Source: Octopus sinensis
Lineage: Eukaryota
Assembly (NCBI RefSeq): GCF_006345805.1
Contig: NC_043006.1
Coordinates: 16,988,001-17,052,000, forward strand
Length of the DNA: 64,000 nucleotides
Direction of reading: 5' to 3'
Shown here: positions 1-13,604 of the stretch, in pieces
Layout of the letters: each line of letters begins with the position of its first letter
How positions within the stretch are numbered: position 1 is the first letter of the stretch
Position numbers and translations under genes: made by a program
Notes under the pieces: generated by a model
What the model was told of the DNA's origin: nothing
The model's database searches: none
Seen by the model: the letters and a program-made list of their open reading frames with translations, nothing else

Positions 1-365
1 ACAAGTCCTGTGCGTAGAATCTGCGATCTCTCCTCAGACCAAAAATCATTTCTATTAGAAACCACAGGAATATTTTAGAAATCCTATATAAGCACTTATT
101 GATCACAGAAGATCTAAACAGAATCAAATGTTTTAGTTGAAAACAGGCTGAAATTGTTGAATAAAAACAAGTAAGTTAATGTGAGTTCATAAAATTTGTT
201 CAATAAAATTGGTAAATGGAATCAGGTTCTGCATTTTGTACATTAAAGTTGAGAAGAATAAACATTCTGTAAAGGGGGGAAATAAGAGAAAGTGGCATGG
301 GAAACATAAACAGATGTGGCAGCAGCAAAGCTCACTGTAATTTAAATGACATACAAAATCCTTAC

Positions 366-456
366 CTCAGTAATTGGATAAATATATTCTGCTAATTCTG
401 TTATCAATTGCTTTCGCCGTATCCATAACTGAGCATTTTCTTTAACTAAGTGTTCT
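366..456 (-). CDS. UVRAG: UVRAG coding exon, (R)EHLVKENAQLWIRRKQLITELAEYIYPITE
   Basis: Acceptor ttttttcactgtag and donor gtaagg; 91 nt, phase 2 to 0. Strong match to [28 protein letters not shown]. Confidence 0.95.
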
Positions 457-1111
457 CTACAGTGAAAAAAAGGGAAGAATTGAAGAATTTGTTACATTTA
501 ATTCTATATTGTGTTGTAAACAAAAACATTAGTTATAAATTAAAAAAAAAACATGTTGACATCCAAAGAGTTAATATTAATTTGAATACTTCTATTTTAT
601 ATAAACAGAAAACAAGCAAAAAAATTGCTGTGAATATTTTTAGTTGTGAATTGATTTAAACAAATTCTGGAGATGAAAAGTTCAAAAAAGTTTCAGAAAG
701 ATTAAAAAAATTTTTTTTTTTAATGAACACTGAGTTCAGAAGAGAAAAAATTAAAAAAAATCAAGTTTTATTGCATCTGTATGAAATGTAATTTATCACT
801 GAAATGGCAACTGAACCTATGTTGAAACAACCACAAGAAAGTAATATTGATATTTAAAAGAAGCACAATACCAGACATTACAAGAGAGAGCAAGAGACAG
901 AGATTATAGTTGATTAAACCAATCCCAGTTCTCAACTGGTTCTTCTTTCGATAGACTTCCCAAGAATGAAGAGTAAAGATAATTTCAGCATGATTTAAAC
1001 CCAGAATACAAAGGGACATAACTAAATACGGTAAGGCAATTTTTCACATGCCTTTTTTTAAAAAAATTTATTTATTATTTTTTTGTCTTTTCTGCCAATC
1101 TACTGCTGTAG

Positions 1112-1340
1112 AAATATTTACTGCCCACAAGGGGCTAAACATAGAGGGGACAAACAAGGACAGACGTGTTCAAGTCGATTATATTGACCCCAGTACGTAA
1201 CTGGTACTTAATTTATTGACCCCGAAAGGATGAAAGGCAAAGTCGACCTCGGCGGAATTTGAACTCAGAACGTAAAGCCAAACGAAATACTGCTAAGCAT
1301 TTCGCCCGGCATGCTAACGTTTCTGCCAGCTTGCCGCCTT
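1112..1340 (-). mobile_element. tRNA-derived SINE, family A (Deu/Nin-like core GCCTTTCATCCTTTCGGGGTCGATAAA)
   Basis: Full copy flanked by a 17-bp TSD ccaatctactgctgtag (1095-1111 and 1341-1357). Confidence 0.85.
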
Positions 1341-1896
1341 CCAATCTACTGCTGTAGGAAAGTCTTTATCGATAGAGATATCAATCTGTAGGAAATAATG
1401 TTCTTCTAACGAAATATCTTTTTATAAAAAAAATTACCGACCAAAAGAACCATGAAGATGATTTTCAAAGAAGTTTCAAGGAGACAAAAAAGTGAATTCA
1501 CCACTGAAATAGCAACTGAACTTCTGTTGAAAATGAGAAGTTTGCAAGCAAAATTTATAGAACCTTCAGAATTATTATGGAAAAAAAAATACCATAAGAA
1601 AAATAGCTGTGTCAGTAACACATAAACTATGTAGGTAAATCATATACAGCATTATAAATTAAAAACAAAAATATTACACAAGACAATAAGCCTTAATGCT
1701 CAATCATCATCACCATCTTAATGAATATATAAATGAGCATTTGTTTAAAGATTTGGTTCTTCCTTGATGTTGCCATGTTTTATGTTGGTATCCACTTCAT
1801 CTTAATTAAATGAAACATTTAAGGAATAAGACTATGATGCCAACTAAAAGGATATGCGTTACATGCCAGCATTCTATAGATGACAGCCAATATATG

Positions 1897-2284
1897 GAGG
1901 AAGCACTCCGTCGGTTACGATGATGAGGGTTCCGGTTGATCTGAATCAACGGAACAGCCTGCTCATGAAATTAACGTATAAGTGGCTGAGCACTCCACAG
2001 ACACGTGCACCCTTAACGTAGTTCTCGGGGATATTCAGCGTGACACAGAGAGTGACAAGGCCGGCCCCTTGAAATACAGGTACAACAGAAACAGGAAGTA
2101 AGAGTGAGAGAAAGTTGTGGTGAAAGAGTACAGCAGGGATCACCACCATCCCCTGCCGGAGCCTCGTGGAGCTTTTAGGTGTTTTCGCTCAATAAACACT
2201 CACAACGCCCGGTCTGGGAATCGAAACCGCGATCCTATGACCGCGAGTCCGCTGCCCTAACCACTGGGCCATTGCGCCTCCACT
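1897..2284 (-). mobile_element. tRNA-derived SINE, family D group
   Basis: Pol III A box TGGCCCAGTGG and B box GGTTTCGATTCCC on the minus strand; 12-bp TSD agccaatatatg (1885-1896 and 2285-2296). Confidence 0.85.
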
Positions 2285-3409
2285 AGCCAATATATGATGT
2301 GCAAGCTAAAAGAAGATATGAAATAAGGAATCTGTTCATATGGCTAATTAAAAAAATACAAAACCACCAAGAAACACAAAAAGCTCTAAAATTGCAATTT
2401 CATACATCTGTCTAAATACTGTCTGGAAAATGGACACCAATGGTGTAATTTACATTAAAAACAAAAAAGAAGCCAACTTTTTAATAACAGCAAGTCATTT
2501 AATTAGGATGCAATCCTATCACTGCTCTTTTACGAATTCTTATTTGCTAACTTTAACACTTTCGATACCATCCTACCTGAGAGTGCTCTTGATTGTATGA
2601 TAAAGATTATCTTTATTTTTTTTAAACTGATCTAAATCAAAAGTTTCCATGAAAATTTTATGTTAATTTAAATTCCAAACACCACTTAATAACAACAAAG
2701 TTATTTTACTAAGTTCTGTGCTGTTTTAAAAAATTAATTGAAACAAATGGAATGTAACAGCACAGCTCCCATGACTTCAGGAAACATTTTTTCACGCCGA
2801 TAGTTGCTGAAGTGTGGAACAAACTGCCGGCATCAGTTGTTAGTTGTCGGAGCACTGCATCCTTCAAAACTTTCGTGCTTTCTGAGATTCGCCAACACTA
2901 CACCTGATTTTCTCCCCTCCATACACACACAAGCATGTATCTGACTCATGCATTGTACGCTTTCCAGACATTTGTACATTACTGCATGTACTTTATATGC
3001 ACTTTCTGACAAGTTGTGGTGCACCTGAGCACTGTATACAAAAATTTCATTATATAAGGTATTTCAACAGAAAGCAATAATTTTCAAAAGTTTACAGTAG
3101 TTGCTTGACCTGCTAGAAAGAGAAGCCGAAATATGCCTCAAACTCACATCCTACTATCGATCTTGATAAAAAAAAAAAAAGCAGGGTATATTGGATAAGG
3201 TAATCCTAGCTATGAAAAAAAAAAGGATAGTCATAGTTGGAGTGTCTTTTTTTACTTCTTCATTTTCTTACACTCGCACCCCATTTTTCTTTCCATTTCA
3301 GTATTTTCATTTTATTTTCCCCATTTTCCACTTAGTGATTCAGAAAGTGAAAGAAAATTGTATTCCATTATTTCCTTGATTTTTACAGTAAATATGTCAT
3401 TATCCTCTA

Positions 3410-3775
3410 TCTTTTACTTGTTTCAGTCATCGGACTGTGGCCATGCTGGCATACCACCTTGAAGGGTTTTGTCAACTAAATCAACCCCTGTACTAACCGC
3501 TTGAGTTTAGTACTTACTTTATCGGTCTCTTTTACTGAACTGCTAGGTAATAAGGGGATGCAAACAAATAAGGTGGTGGGGGAGGGGGAAACAAAGACCT
3601 ACACATACATGTACACAATGGACTTCCATACTATTTCTGCCAAACAAATTCACTCACAAAGCATTGGATGACCCAGGCTATAAGAGATACTCGATCAAGG
3701 TACTGTGCAGTGTACTGAACCCAAAACCACGAGGTTGGAAAGTGAGCTTCTTAACCACAGAGGTGTGCCCACATC
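3410..3775 (-). mobile_element. SINE family C, degenerate
   Basis: Reverse complement of the family C body seen at 3981-4272. Confidence 0.7.
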
Positions 3776-3980
3776 TATAAAAATAACCAGTACCTCTGAG
3801 ATTTCGAGGTGATTTGATTTCTTACATTAATATTATGAAGCTAGAAGCTACAGATCTGTTAGAGATAAGCATGTGACTATATTGCATAACTAGTGATTAT
3901 TCTATCAGCTTAGGAATAACCAAGGCCAAAAATATCTCAAGTGGAGGCAGAACTTTAAAATATTTAAAAAAATTATATTT

Positions 3981-4272
3981 AGGCGCAGGAGTGGCTGTGT
4001 GGTAAGTAGCTTGCTAACCAACCACATGGTTCCGGGTTCAGTCCCACTGCATGGCATCTTGGGCAAGTGTCTTCAGCTATAGCCCCAGGCCAACCAATGC
4101 CTTGTGAGATGCTGGTGTGTTTACGTCCCTGTCACTTAGCGGTTCGGCAAAAAGAGACCGATAGAATAAGTACTGAGCTTACAAAGAATAAGTCCCGGGG
4201 TCGATTTGCTCGACTAAAGGCGGTGCTCCAGCATGGCCGCAGTCAAATGACTGAAACAAGTAAAGTAAAAGA
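3981..4272 (+). mobile_element. tRNA-derived SINE family C (internally deleted)
   Basis: Head ggcgcaggagtggctgtgtggtaag...ggttcagtccc; tail cagcatggccgcagtcaaatgactgaaacaagtaaa shared with many copies. Confidence 0.8.
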
Positions 4273-5218
4273 GAGAGTATTTATATCATCCTACCCATGC
4301 ATGCATGGAAGACGGACGTTAAACAATAATGATGATCATAAGAGAAAGAAAGGACATCAATATTGAACCATGAAATGTAGAATAGGTTATTGATCCAATT
4401 GATATTACATATTTGAGGATTAACTGTGAGGAAGAGACGAGCTGGAAGAAAAGGGCTGTGATGGCAATGGTCAAGGGGCTTGATTGGAACAGAGTATCAT
4501 TAATAGCATGAATAATCATGGCAACATGGGTCACAGCTCTGCTTGATTAGGTCTGACATGGGGCTAGCTAACAATACAACAAACCTCTGGGTGCTACATT
4601 TCAAAGCATATCTTGATAGAAACTGCATCTTTTGTTAGATTCAGTTATCAGTATAACAAGCGACAAATTCTCTATGCAAGGGTCATAATGACAACAAAAG
4701 AAATTAACTGAATTGCTGACAAAAATTCATAGAGAAAAGATAACTTGATATTAAAGAATCAATAAAAATAACAAAAATGAAATTCAAGAGTGGGAAGGAG
4801 AGTGCCCTGAATCCAGAATTTTTACTAAATTATTTTACTGTTCTTAGACACTAATAAAATTTAACAAAGTTTTTGAAAATATCTGTTTTTAAAAAAAAAA
4901 AAATTCCTAATTCTTCTATATATTGTTTAAAAGTGAATTTCTAAAACAATTTGTAAGCATAAGTTTTTTGATTTTAAATATATATGAAGCTTTTCTTTTG
5001 ATGCTAGCAGTGATACAGATTTTAAGAATTATTACAGTATGATCTTAAATCTAACCTTTTAAAATTTTAAATACATGTTGAAGAATATCCTATTAGAATT
5101 AAGCATGAAAGACCCAAACACTAAATACAAAATATATTTGGTTTTAAACAGAGAAACATCTCTATTTCTAAATAAAGAAAACAAACCTTGTTATTCATAA
5201 AAGTCTTAATACACTTAC

Positions 5219-5452
5219 AAAATATTATAGAAAGGAATATTGAAATTTTTTTCATTTTCCTTTGTGAAAAGTTCTTCATCTGAGGAGGAAAGCATGTCAT
5301 TACAAGAAGAGTCCTTGGCCCGAGATTTATCAGAGAGGTTACTCTTGCTCCTAGTAATGAAGCATTTTCTACCCTTTGTAACCTTACAACCCCACACTGA
5401 TAAGTCCTCCAAGAGTGCAGAGTAGCCAGTTATATTGGATGTGATGTGACGG
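5219..5452 (-). CDS. UVRAG: Candidate in-frame cassette exon of UVRAG (78 codons, Ser/Asp/Glu/Lys-rich)
   Basis: Acceptor ctcctgtttgctttttacatttag and donor gtaagt; 234 nt, phase 2 to 2; open only in the frame UVRAG requires. No recognisable homology to vertebrate UVRAG. Confidence 0.5.
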
Positions 5453-5879
5453 CTAAATGTAAAAAGCAAACAGGAGAATCAAGGGTCAAATGGAGAACTG
5501 CATTAAATCAAAATTATCAACTGAGAATGAGACATAGAAATTTATAAAGAAAAACTAGTAGAAAATTCAAGATATTCATAGTTTAGTTATGAACAGAAAA
5601 CGATTGGTTTAGGGGTGGATTAAAAAGAGGAAAGGAAATGGTCATTGAGGAAGAAACAGGAAGTTAGTAGAACTTGAACACCAAAACAAGGAAAGAAAAT
5701 GTTGACATAAATTGCAAATGCTGGGTGGGTCACCAACGATATATTCTGTATGTGTCTTTCATATCACAATATTTTATAAGAGATACACAGAGAAATCCTT
5801 TCAATATTATATGTGTCTAGCAAAAGGAATGGTTTAATTCATAGTTTTTCCATTTTATTTTTTATTAGCTCCTGCTGTT

Positions 5880-6268
5880 CTTGAGGAGACCTGTTGAGTC
5901 AAATACGTCAACATCAAAGAAAAATTCAAATGGAAATTGTAGTTAAGACACCCATGCCGTTGACATGTAAAAAGCACCGTCCGAACGTTGCAGATACTAG
6001 CGCTGCCTGACCGGCGCCCGTGTCGGTGACACGTAAAAGCACCAACCGATCGTGGCTGTTTGCAAGCCTACTCTGGCCCCTGTGCCGGTGGCACGTAAAA
6101 AACACCCACTACACTCACGGAGTGGTTGGCGTTAGGAAGGGCATCCAGCTGTAGAAACACTGCCAAATCAGACTAGAGCCTGGTGCAGCCTCCTTGGCTT
6201 ACCAGACCCCGGTCGAACTGTCCAACCCATGCTAGCATGGAAAACGGACATTAAATGATGATGATGAT
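5880..6268 (+). mobile_element. SINE family B with (GAT)n tail
   Basis: Body gttaggaagggcatccagctgtagaaa...aacccatgctagcatggaaa...gatgatgat. Confidence 0.8.
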
Positions 6269-7499
6269 TTCTCAATATTTTTGTCCAACAAGGTTTTCTT
6301 TGAGATGGTTTTGTCTTAGTTACTATCACATTTCTGAGCAAATATATACATTTCCTTTAATCTTTCACTGAGTTATCACAGATATATTTTATGATAGCTC
6401 TGTAGTTAAGAAGTTCACTTTGTGACCATGTGGTTTCACGTTCAGTCCCACTGCATGACACTTTGAGCAAGTGTCTTTTATCTGGATCCACCAAAAACTT
6501 GTAAGAGGATCTGGTAACTCAAAGCCCATTACGCATGTAAATGTGTTTGTGAGTGTGAATTGCCTTGTCTGCACATCATGCACAAACTGTAAATCCTCAT
6601 CATATAAGCTGTGTCATTCATTCATAATCTTCTATGGAAACATGTTCAGCCATTGAGCAGTTCATGTTCAAAGAGATATATCCTCCCTTGGAAACAGGTA
6701 AGAGCTAGTGACTGGAGGGGTAATCTTTCCCCCATAAGTTTTCTCTTACCCATACAATTATGGAAAAAGTGGACATTAAAATAATATTGTAGATTGTGTA
6801 TGAGTGTATATGGCAAACTGGCCAAATCAGAGCAACAGATAGAACACTTTGTGGTATTTATATTGGTCCTTTGAGTTCAAATCTTGTCAAGGTCTATTTT
6901 ACCTTTCACTTTTTTGAGGGTTGACAAAGTTGCAGTCAAGGACAGTGAACTGGCAGAATTATTAGAATGTCAAACATAGATGCCTTGCGGTATGTTCTAT
7001 CATTCTGTCTTCTAATAACCTTGACCATAATGATACTGATGGCACATTGTATCAACCCTTGCCTTTGCCAACATCAAGTATGGAGAAAGGAAACTTTTTG
7101 AAAAAAGCACACTAAAATCTTTTGAGCAGAAATATTTAATGTAGTCATCAGTTATGGCTGGTCAGAAGGTTACCATTGGTTTCACACCTATTATGCTCTT
7201 AGCAATAAGACTCCTCAGTCCTGCCTCCTTTAGTAAAGAGATTATGTGCCTCCAGCCAGCAGATCTGAGGGGTTGCCAATATTGCTAGGAGCAATGTAAC
7301 AGGTGTCACACCAATGGTAACTTCCTGACTGACCATAACCAACAACTACATTAAATACTCTTCTAGGTAACAATAATAGGGTGGGAGAAGTAGGCATACC
7401 TTTTCTTTTTTTTTAGCAGAGAAATAGATAAAGTAATCGAGATAATCTGAGAGTGTGATAGAATAATTAAGCTTAATTACAGTAGTAGGTATCACAACA

Positions 7500-8550
7500 T
7501 ATCTCTGTGTATGTACTACAGTCAGGACCGGTATATGAACAGAAGGACTATCTCTGTGATGAATGACAATGACCAGATTGTGACTGGTGATTTTAATGGA
7601 CATGATGGACTTCTCCTGCATATAACAGAAGCTATAGTTTATTGGTACAAGAAATAAGCAGGATTTACAGTTCTTGGGGTCCTCTGACACAATATAAGGA
7701 TTTGCTAACTTCAGGAAACTGGCCAGCCACCTCGTCACCTATAATCAAGCAAACACAATCCAGATGGGACATGAGACAGATATAGTAATGAATGTCAACA
7801 CTTTCTTTGGTGAAGAATGTACCACTCAACATAGACCAGTGATTAGTGACTTTAGACTAAGAGACAGGTGAACCTTGAGAGACAAAATAATATTGAATAG
7901 GAAGGTACGGCAGTTGAAAGAGTCACCAACCAGCTGCAGATTGAGATAAGTACTACAAGACAAACTACTGAGTGTCACAGGCCAGATCTATGGTTGGAGT
8001 AAGGTCTCAGCCAAATGGAAAATTCTGTGGTGGCGGAATAATACAGTAGAGAGAGCCATAAAAACCAGAAGACAGGACAGGAAAGACTGGAAGAAACGGA
8101 GAAGCAAAGAACAATGTGAAGTAGCTAAAAGAGAATTTGAAAGTAAGAAGTTTGCATATGTTTTTCAATCTAAGGATCAGAGATGTCAGGTATTCTGAAT
8201 AGCAAAGCAAATGTATTTGAGAAAAGAAACTCAAGACATTATTTGGGAGAAGACAGTGAAGAATGTTAACGGCACACGTGCTTTAACTGATTCTAAAAAC
8301 CAAGAGGCTCGAAAGTACTATTAGAAGAGGCTGTTGAATGCAAAGAATGTATGAAAGAGAGAAAGAGGATCTACTCCAAATAGACCCAACACAGGGACCA
8401 GACATAGCAGTTGATAGTAATATAGTCACAAGCACAATGGAGGATGTAAAGGCAGAGAAGGTAGCTAGTCCGTCAGGTTTAGTTGCTGAGTTGACTGAAA
8501 TATCTTGCAAAATAGGGCACATGTTAGTCACTTGCATAGTCTATCAATGA
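7500..8550 (+). pseudogene. Decayed RTE-clade LINE ORF fragment (APE endonuclease plus linker)
   Basis: Translates with stops and frameshifts to YVLQSG..EQKD, IVTGDFNGH, NFRKLASHLVTY, FGEECTTQHRPVISDFRL, PTQGP..SPSGLVAE. Confidence 0.75.
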
Positions 8551-10746
8551 AGTGAAAAACATTTACTAAACATTTTTCCATAGCAATTTGAAAAGAAAGA
8601 ACGCTCCTATTCATAAACCAAATAAATAAATTTTATTAAAATTTTAACAGATGCACACACGCACACACACACACACATATGTAAAACTGATCAATATATT
8701 GACTTTCATTTTTTTATGGAAATTTTCAATGTTTGGAAGTCATACTTTTACACATTTTTCCTATTTATTAGCCTGAGGCAAAGGCTTTTCCAAAGCACAT
8801 GCATACATATTTTGGGGCAAGAATTTCAATTGATAAATAGTCCTGTAAGGCTGTTTTAATCCTTTAGCATTTAAACCAGCCATATCTGGCCCAAATATTC
8901 TACCTGTTTTACATTAAAACTGGTGAGATCCAGCCTCTCTCTAACATCTACCCAGCAATGTCATACTAAAAATAAATAATCACATCTTTGAAATCTCAAA
9001 GCTACGAGATAATACAGGATTAATTTTATGAAATGTGAATATATAAGTATAAAATTTGACAAAGTAAACAATGCCACAGGATTAAAGATATTCAGATTTC
9101 CTTCAAGAAGATAATCATACCAGTTTAAAGTTTGGATAGAGCCTTATGCATTGACTTCACAGTTATCACTAAAATTTATTTCATGTTTTGATATGTAACC
9201 TCCAAAAGACAGACAAAATTCTATCATTATGGTAATAGACCAGATAAACTTCTATTAATTTTGAGTGAAATAAAACAGGTTGGAAATGTAACAGACTTAT
9301 AATTTGGCGAATTCAAAGATTTCTTTTTTTAAATACAAAAGATCTTGAAAGTATGACATTTTAAATTGAGTAAAAAGTGTTCCATTTTAATAAATTGAGT
9401 TTATCCAAAAACTGAATTAAAATCTGTAAATTATCTTTAATGAACAACATGAACCATTAAATGAAATATAATCCAGTTCCTGTTTATAAAAAGTTTAAAA
9501 TTTTTTTTTAAACAAACGGTACAAAGTACATGAGTAAGTGTTGGTCAAATCACTAATTGGGGTGGCTGACAAACAGCTGAAGAGTATAAGTCTTAATTAT
9601 GAAACATTATGACAGAAGAAACAAGTTCACAGATGAAGAATCTACTCTATTAATATTCATTACTTCTTTTTTAGCAAAATTGTAAGCTGGATTGAGTCAG
9701 CTAAAGGTTTGTATGTTTACCAGCAAATATTTCACATTTTCAATACACGACACGCAATGTCTTTGATCTGTTACTTTCATCTTAGTACAGGAAGAATATA
9801 TTTCTTAATTCATACAGCAGTATTCAGTTGTTTATACACTCATCTGGTTAGCATTTGCAAATGTTGACAGAAGATGGTTAAAGATAATTTTAGTTCTTGG
9901 TTAGTTATTAAACAAGGAGTATATGGTTAATAGTAAGGTATATAAAGATAATAATGGTTTTTAGTAATGGACTGGGAAAGAACAAGGAAAACTGGAAAAG
10001 AGAATGTAGTTTGGTGGTAAAAGTATCAGCTTCAGAGTATATTTTAAAAGAATTACTGGTGGATGGATAAATAAATGTAGTAACAGAAGAAAAAGCAAGA
10101 AATACAACTTCGTCCTGTATTATTTGTATTCAGTTGAAACCCACAACAGAATGCCACTGTTACATATACACACATTGTAGACCTCGTCCAAAAATAATGA
10201 AACAAAAAAAAAAGCAAAAACCACTTGACCAATTAACATGGAGTTACTCACTATGTTTATTTCCTCAGTTTTTTTTTTTTAAATAATACTACACAGGTTT
10301 CTACTCCTTGGAGTTGACTGACTCACTTTTCTATTTTGAAAGCCAAAGCTTTGGGAGCGGATTTGGTTGATGGAAACTGAAAGAAACACATCATGCTTGT
10401 GTGTGTGTGGGAGGGTGTTTGTATCTCCTTGTCTTGACATTGCATGATGGCTATCAGTGTAACTGTCATATGGGCAGTGTCATTTATTTCCAATATCCTG
10501 AAGAAACATGTCTGGCCATGGAGAAATATTACCTTGTTTGAAAACAGGAAATTGGTGGGTGACAAGAAAAGGTAAAATGGCCATAGAAAAATCCCCTGCA
10601 AATTTTCTCTAACCAATGCAAGCATGGAAAAGTGGATGTTAAAATGATTCTTCTTATTATCATTTAGAGTTGAATTCTGATTAAAATCATTATTTCCTTT
10701 TAATCCCTCCATATCCAGCAAAATACTAGTGAATTTGTGGCATTAA

Positions 10747-10965
10747 CCCTTTAGTGTTCAGATTATTCAATCAAACATAATGCTTATTGATTCCCATTGA
10801 TTTGAATTAATCATGCATTATCTCATATCTTCAAGATCTTGATGGTGTAATTACTTAATGTAGAATAACATTGTAGGGTAGGTGTGAGAGCCTGGATCTG
10901 GTCAGTTTGAACATAAAACAGATTAAATATTTTGGCTGGATATGGCCGGTTTAAATACTAAAGGG
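10747..10965. mobile_element. piggyBac-like MITE
   Basis: TTAA|CCCTTTAG...CTAAAGGG|TTAA termini. Confidence 0.75.
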
Positions 10966-11924
10966 TTAACCATATCCATTATATACCTTCTAAAATGTCA
11001 AAAAAAAAAAAATAAATAAAGTGGAAGGAAACTAATATTTTTTTTGTGTTTAGTGAATGAATCACTGAGCCACATCATTTATTTTTGCTGTTTTCATGAA
11101 AAGTAAAAAATAAGGCCTCGGTAAACCTTCCAACATTTTAATACTAAATAATAATGTGTACACAACTTGTTAAAAAAGCAATGATAAAATGCAGGCTTGG
11201 AAGGCAAATAAAGCAAGAGTTAAAACATTGGTTAACATGCAGCAGGAAATAAAACAATTTAGTGGGGATTTGTTTACAAAACCTCATTTATGTATTATAT
11301 TCTGTAGAATTATGCTAAAACAATAATCTTGAAGAATTTTCCCATGGAAAACTACATGCATTAAACATTTGACTGGAATGTTTTTAAATGTATGAACACT
11401 CAGAAATTAGGTTATGCAAATATAGCTCAATAGTTTACAGTTATTAAAGCTGTTTTATGCAGGCACACACACACACTTTCTGTTTTTAATACATACGATT
11501 TTTAAGGATTAAAAATCAAAAATAATGGTTTCAAAATAGACTTTAACAATTAAATTATTAAGCAATTATTATTATTATTATTAAGAAAAACGTGCAACAA
11601 AAGGAAAATATAAAATAACATTATAAAATAATCTGTGTGGAAGATTTGTACTTTAAAAAATTTTAAATCTGAAGTTGATTTCTTAAAGCTGTGGAATCTA
11701 TTAATTTGAATTAAAACTTTAATAGAGTTACATTTAATAATTTATTTGCTTCCGTGCAATAAAGCTGTTCAAATGTAAAGAATTCTTAAAAGTTTGAACT
11801 AGCTTTCAATTTCATCATCTACTACTAATAAGAGCTTCGTATTTGAAACAAAGAATTATTAACAATAAGCATTATAAGGTTAATATTAAAATTCAATATA
11901 GGTGCATAAATGGCATATAGGTGA

Positions 11925-12325
11925 GGGCAGGATTTGTGTGGTTAAGATATTTTCTTCTTAACCACATGGTTTCATGTTCAGTTCTACTGTATGGCACCTT
12001 GGGCAAGTGTCTTCTACTAAAGCTCTGGGCCAACCTTATGAATGGATTTGGTAAACAAAAACTGAAAGAAGTTCATCACACATATATATATATATATATA
12101 TATATGTGCATGCATGTATTAGATTTGCATAGCCTTGATATCACATGCTAGTTGTATACGAGCATCACCATCATACAATTGGTCTCCTTTGTTTTCAGTC
12201 TTCTGTGAGAACAATATTTCCTTGCTTAGGGACAGTGACAAGAAGGGCATCCAGCCATAGAAAATCTGCCACAATGCATTCCATCTGACTCATGTGAACA
12301 TGGGAAAATGGACATTAAAATGATG
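11925..12325 (+). mobile_element. SINE family C-headed element with family B-like tail
   Basis: Family C head, internal (TA)n, tail gaagggcatccagcc...gaaaatggacattaaaatgatg; ends about 30 bp from the donor of exon 12358. Confidence 0.65.
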
Positions 12326-12357
12326 ACTGTGTAAAATTATAACAGTAATTTTTTTAC

Positions 12358-12442
12358 CTAAGGGAATTATGGTTTTTTCTCTTCTCTTCCAGCTCCGTTC
12401 GCTCCACTTTAATTGCTGCATATTGTTCTTGTAAAAATGTCT
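12358..12442 (-). CDS. UVRAG: UVRAG coding exon (coiled coil), (K)TFLQEQYAAIKVERTELEEKRKNHNSL(R)
   Basis: Acceptor ttttgcttacag and donor gtaaaa; 85 nt, phase 1 to 2, exactly bridging the exons at 16305 and 456. Confidence 0.88.
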
Positions 12443-12844
12443 CTGTAAGCAAAATGTCCAAGATATTCTCATAGTTAATAAAAATAAAAAATTATGTTAA
12501 TTTATCGATCATATGTAGTTACAATTTCTGAGGCTGACCCTGATTCTATAACATAGACTTCATGTCTTAAAGTGATTTAAATTAAAACTTTCCATCAAAA
12601 TTTCGTGTTTAATTTATGTTTCAAATTTTGACATAAGGTCAGTAATTTTGGGGGCAGAGAATCAGTTGATTACATCAACCTCTTCACTTGAGTGATACTT
12701 TCATTTTATCAACCCTGAAAGGATGAAAGCAAAGTTGATCTCAGCAGGATTTGAACTCGGAATGTAGCAATCTAAAACTAATATTGCAAAGAATTCTTCC
12801 CAATGTGCTAACAGCCTTGCTAGCTTTCTACTCTTGACACAAGT

Positions 12845-13048
12845 TTGATAAGGAGTTGGCTTGTAAAAAGCACCCACTACACTCTCAGAGTGGTTGGTGT
12901 TAGGAAGGGCATCCAGCTGTAGAAACTCTGCCAGATCAAGATTGGAGCCTTGTGCAGCCATCTGGTTTGCCAGCCCTCAGTCAAAATTGTCCAACCCATG
13001 CTAGAATGGAAAGTGGACATTAAACAATGATAATAATGATGATGATGA
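12845..13048 (+). mobile_element. SINE family B (5'-truncated) nested in a MITE
   Basis: Family B 3' half with (GAT)n tail; MITE halves at about 12515-12630 and 13050-13090. Confidence 0.7.
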
Positions 13049-13604
13049 AAGCAGTGTTTTTCAACTGATATATGGTAACAAAAGAGTTAACCTTGTATGT
13101 AAACAAAGTGTTAGGAACAGCAAAAAAACTCAGTTATTAGCCATAAGGTTAAAATATATCTAAAACGATAAGGTAGTTCTCCATTTTGGAATCACTTAAA
13201 AGTAAGTGGTTAGCATTTTGAAAGTCATTGCAAAATGCATCAATATAGAATGTACCGTCAAATCAAACTGGTATGAAAAAGCAATGTAAATAAAATTATG
13301 ACAATATATTCAACAATCAACAGTCTTAATCATATATTATATGTGACTTACAGCTTGATTCTTTTACATTTATTATTTTAGAAAACACTACAACAGGTAA
13401 TCTAAAATGATATAAATTTGTTTATAGCTTGGTGGTGCTAAATAACAACCTTCAACCATATCTTAACTCTTTTGGCACCATTACATTGTTGAAATATACC
13501 ACCTGTGTTTTAATTAATTTTGAAAACAATGAAGAATTTAATAAAATAATATTGTCATTATTAACCTCATTGTTATCATCTTTCTATTGAAATATAATAA
13601 ATAA

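Noticed and set aside
1-60. GC-richer start of the window as the possible next UVRAG exon
   Set aside because: No acceptor and no frame resembling the expected YxxCGVKLPNSE segment.
5240-5425. Plus-strand 61-aa ORF overlapping the candidate cassette exon
   Set aside because: Antisense shadow; the splice signals support the minus strand only.
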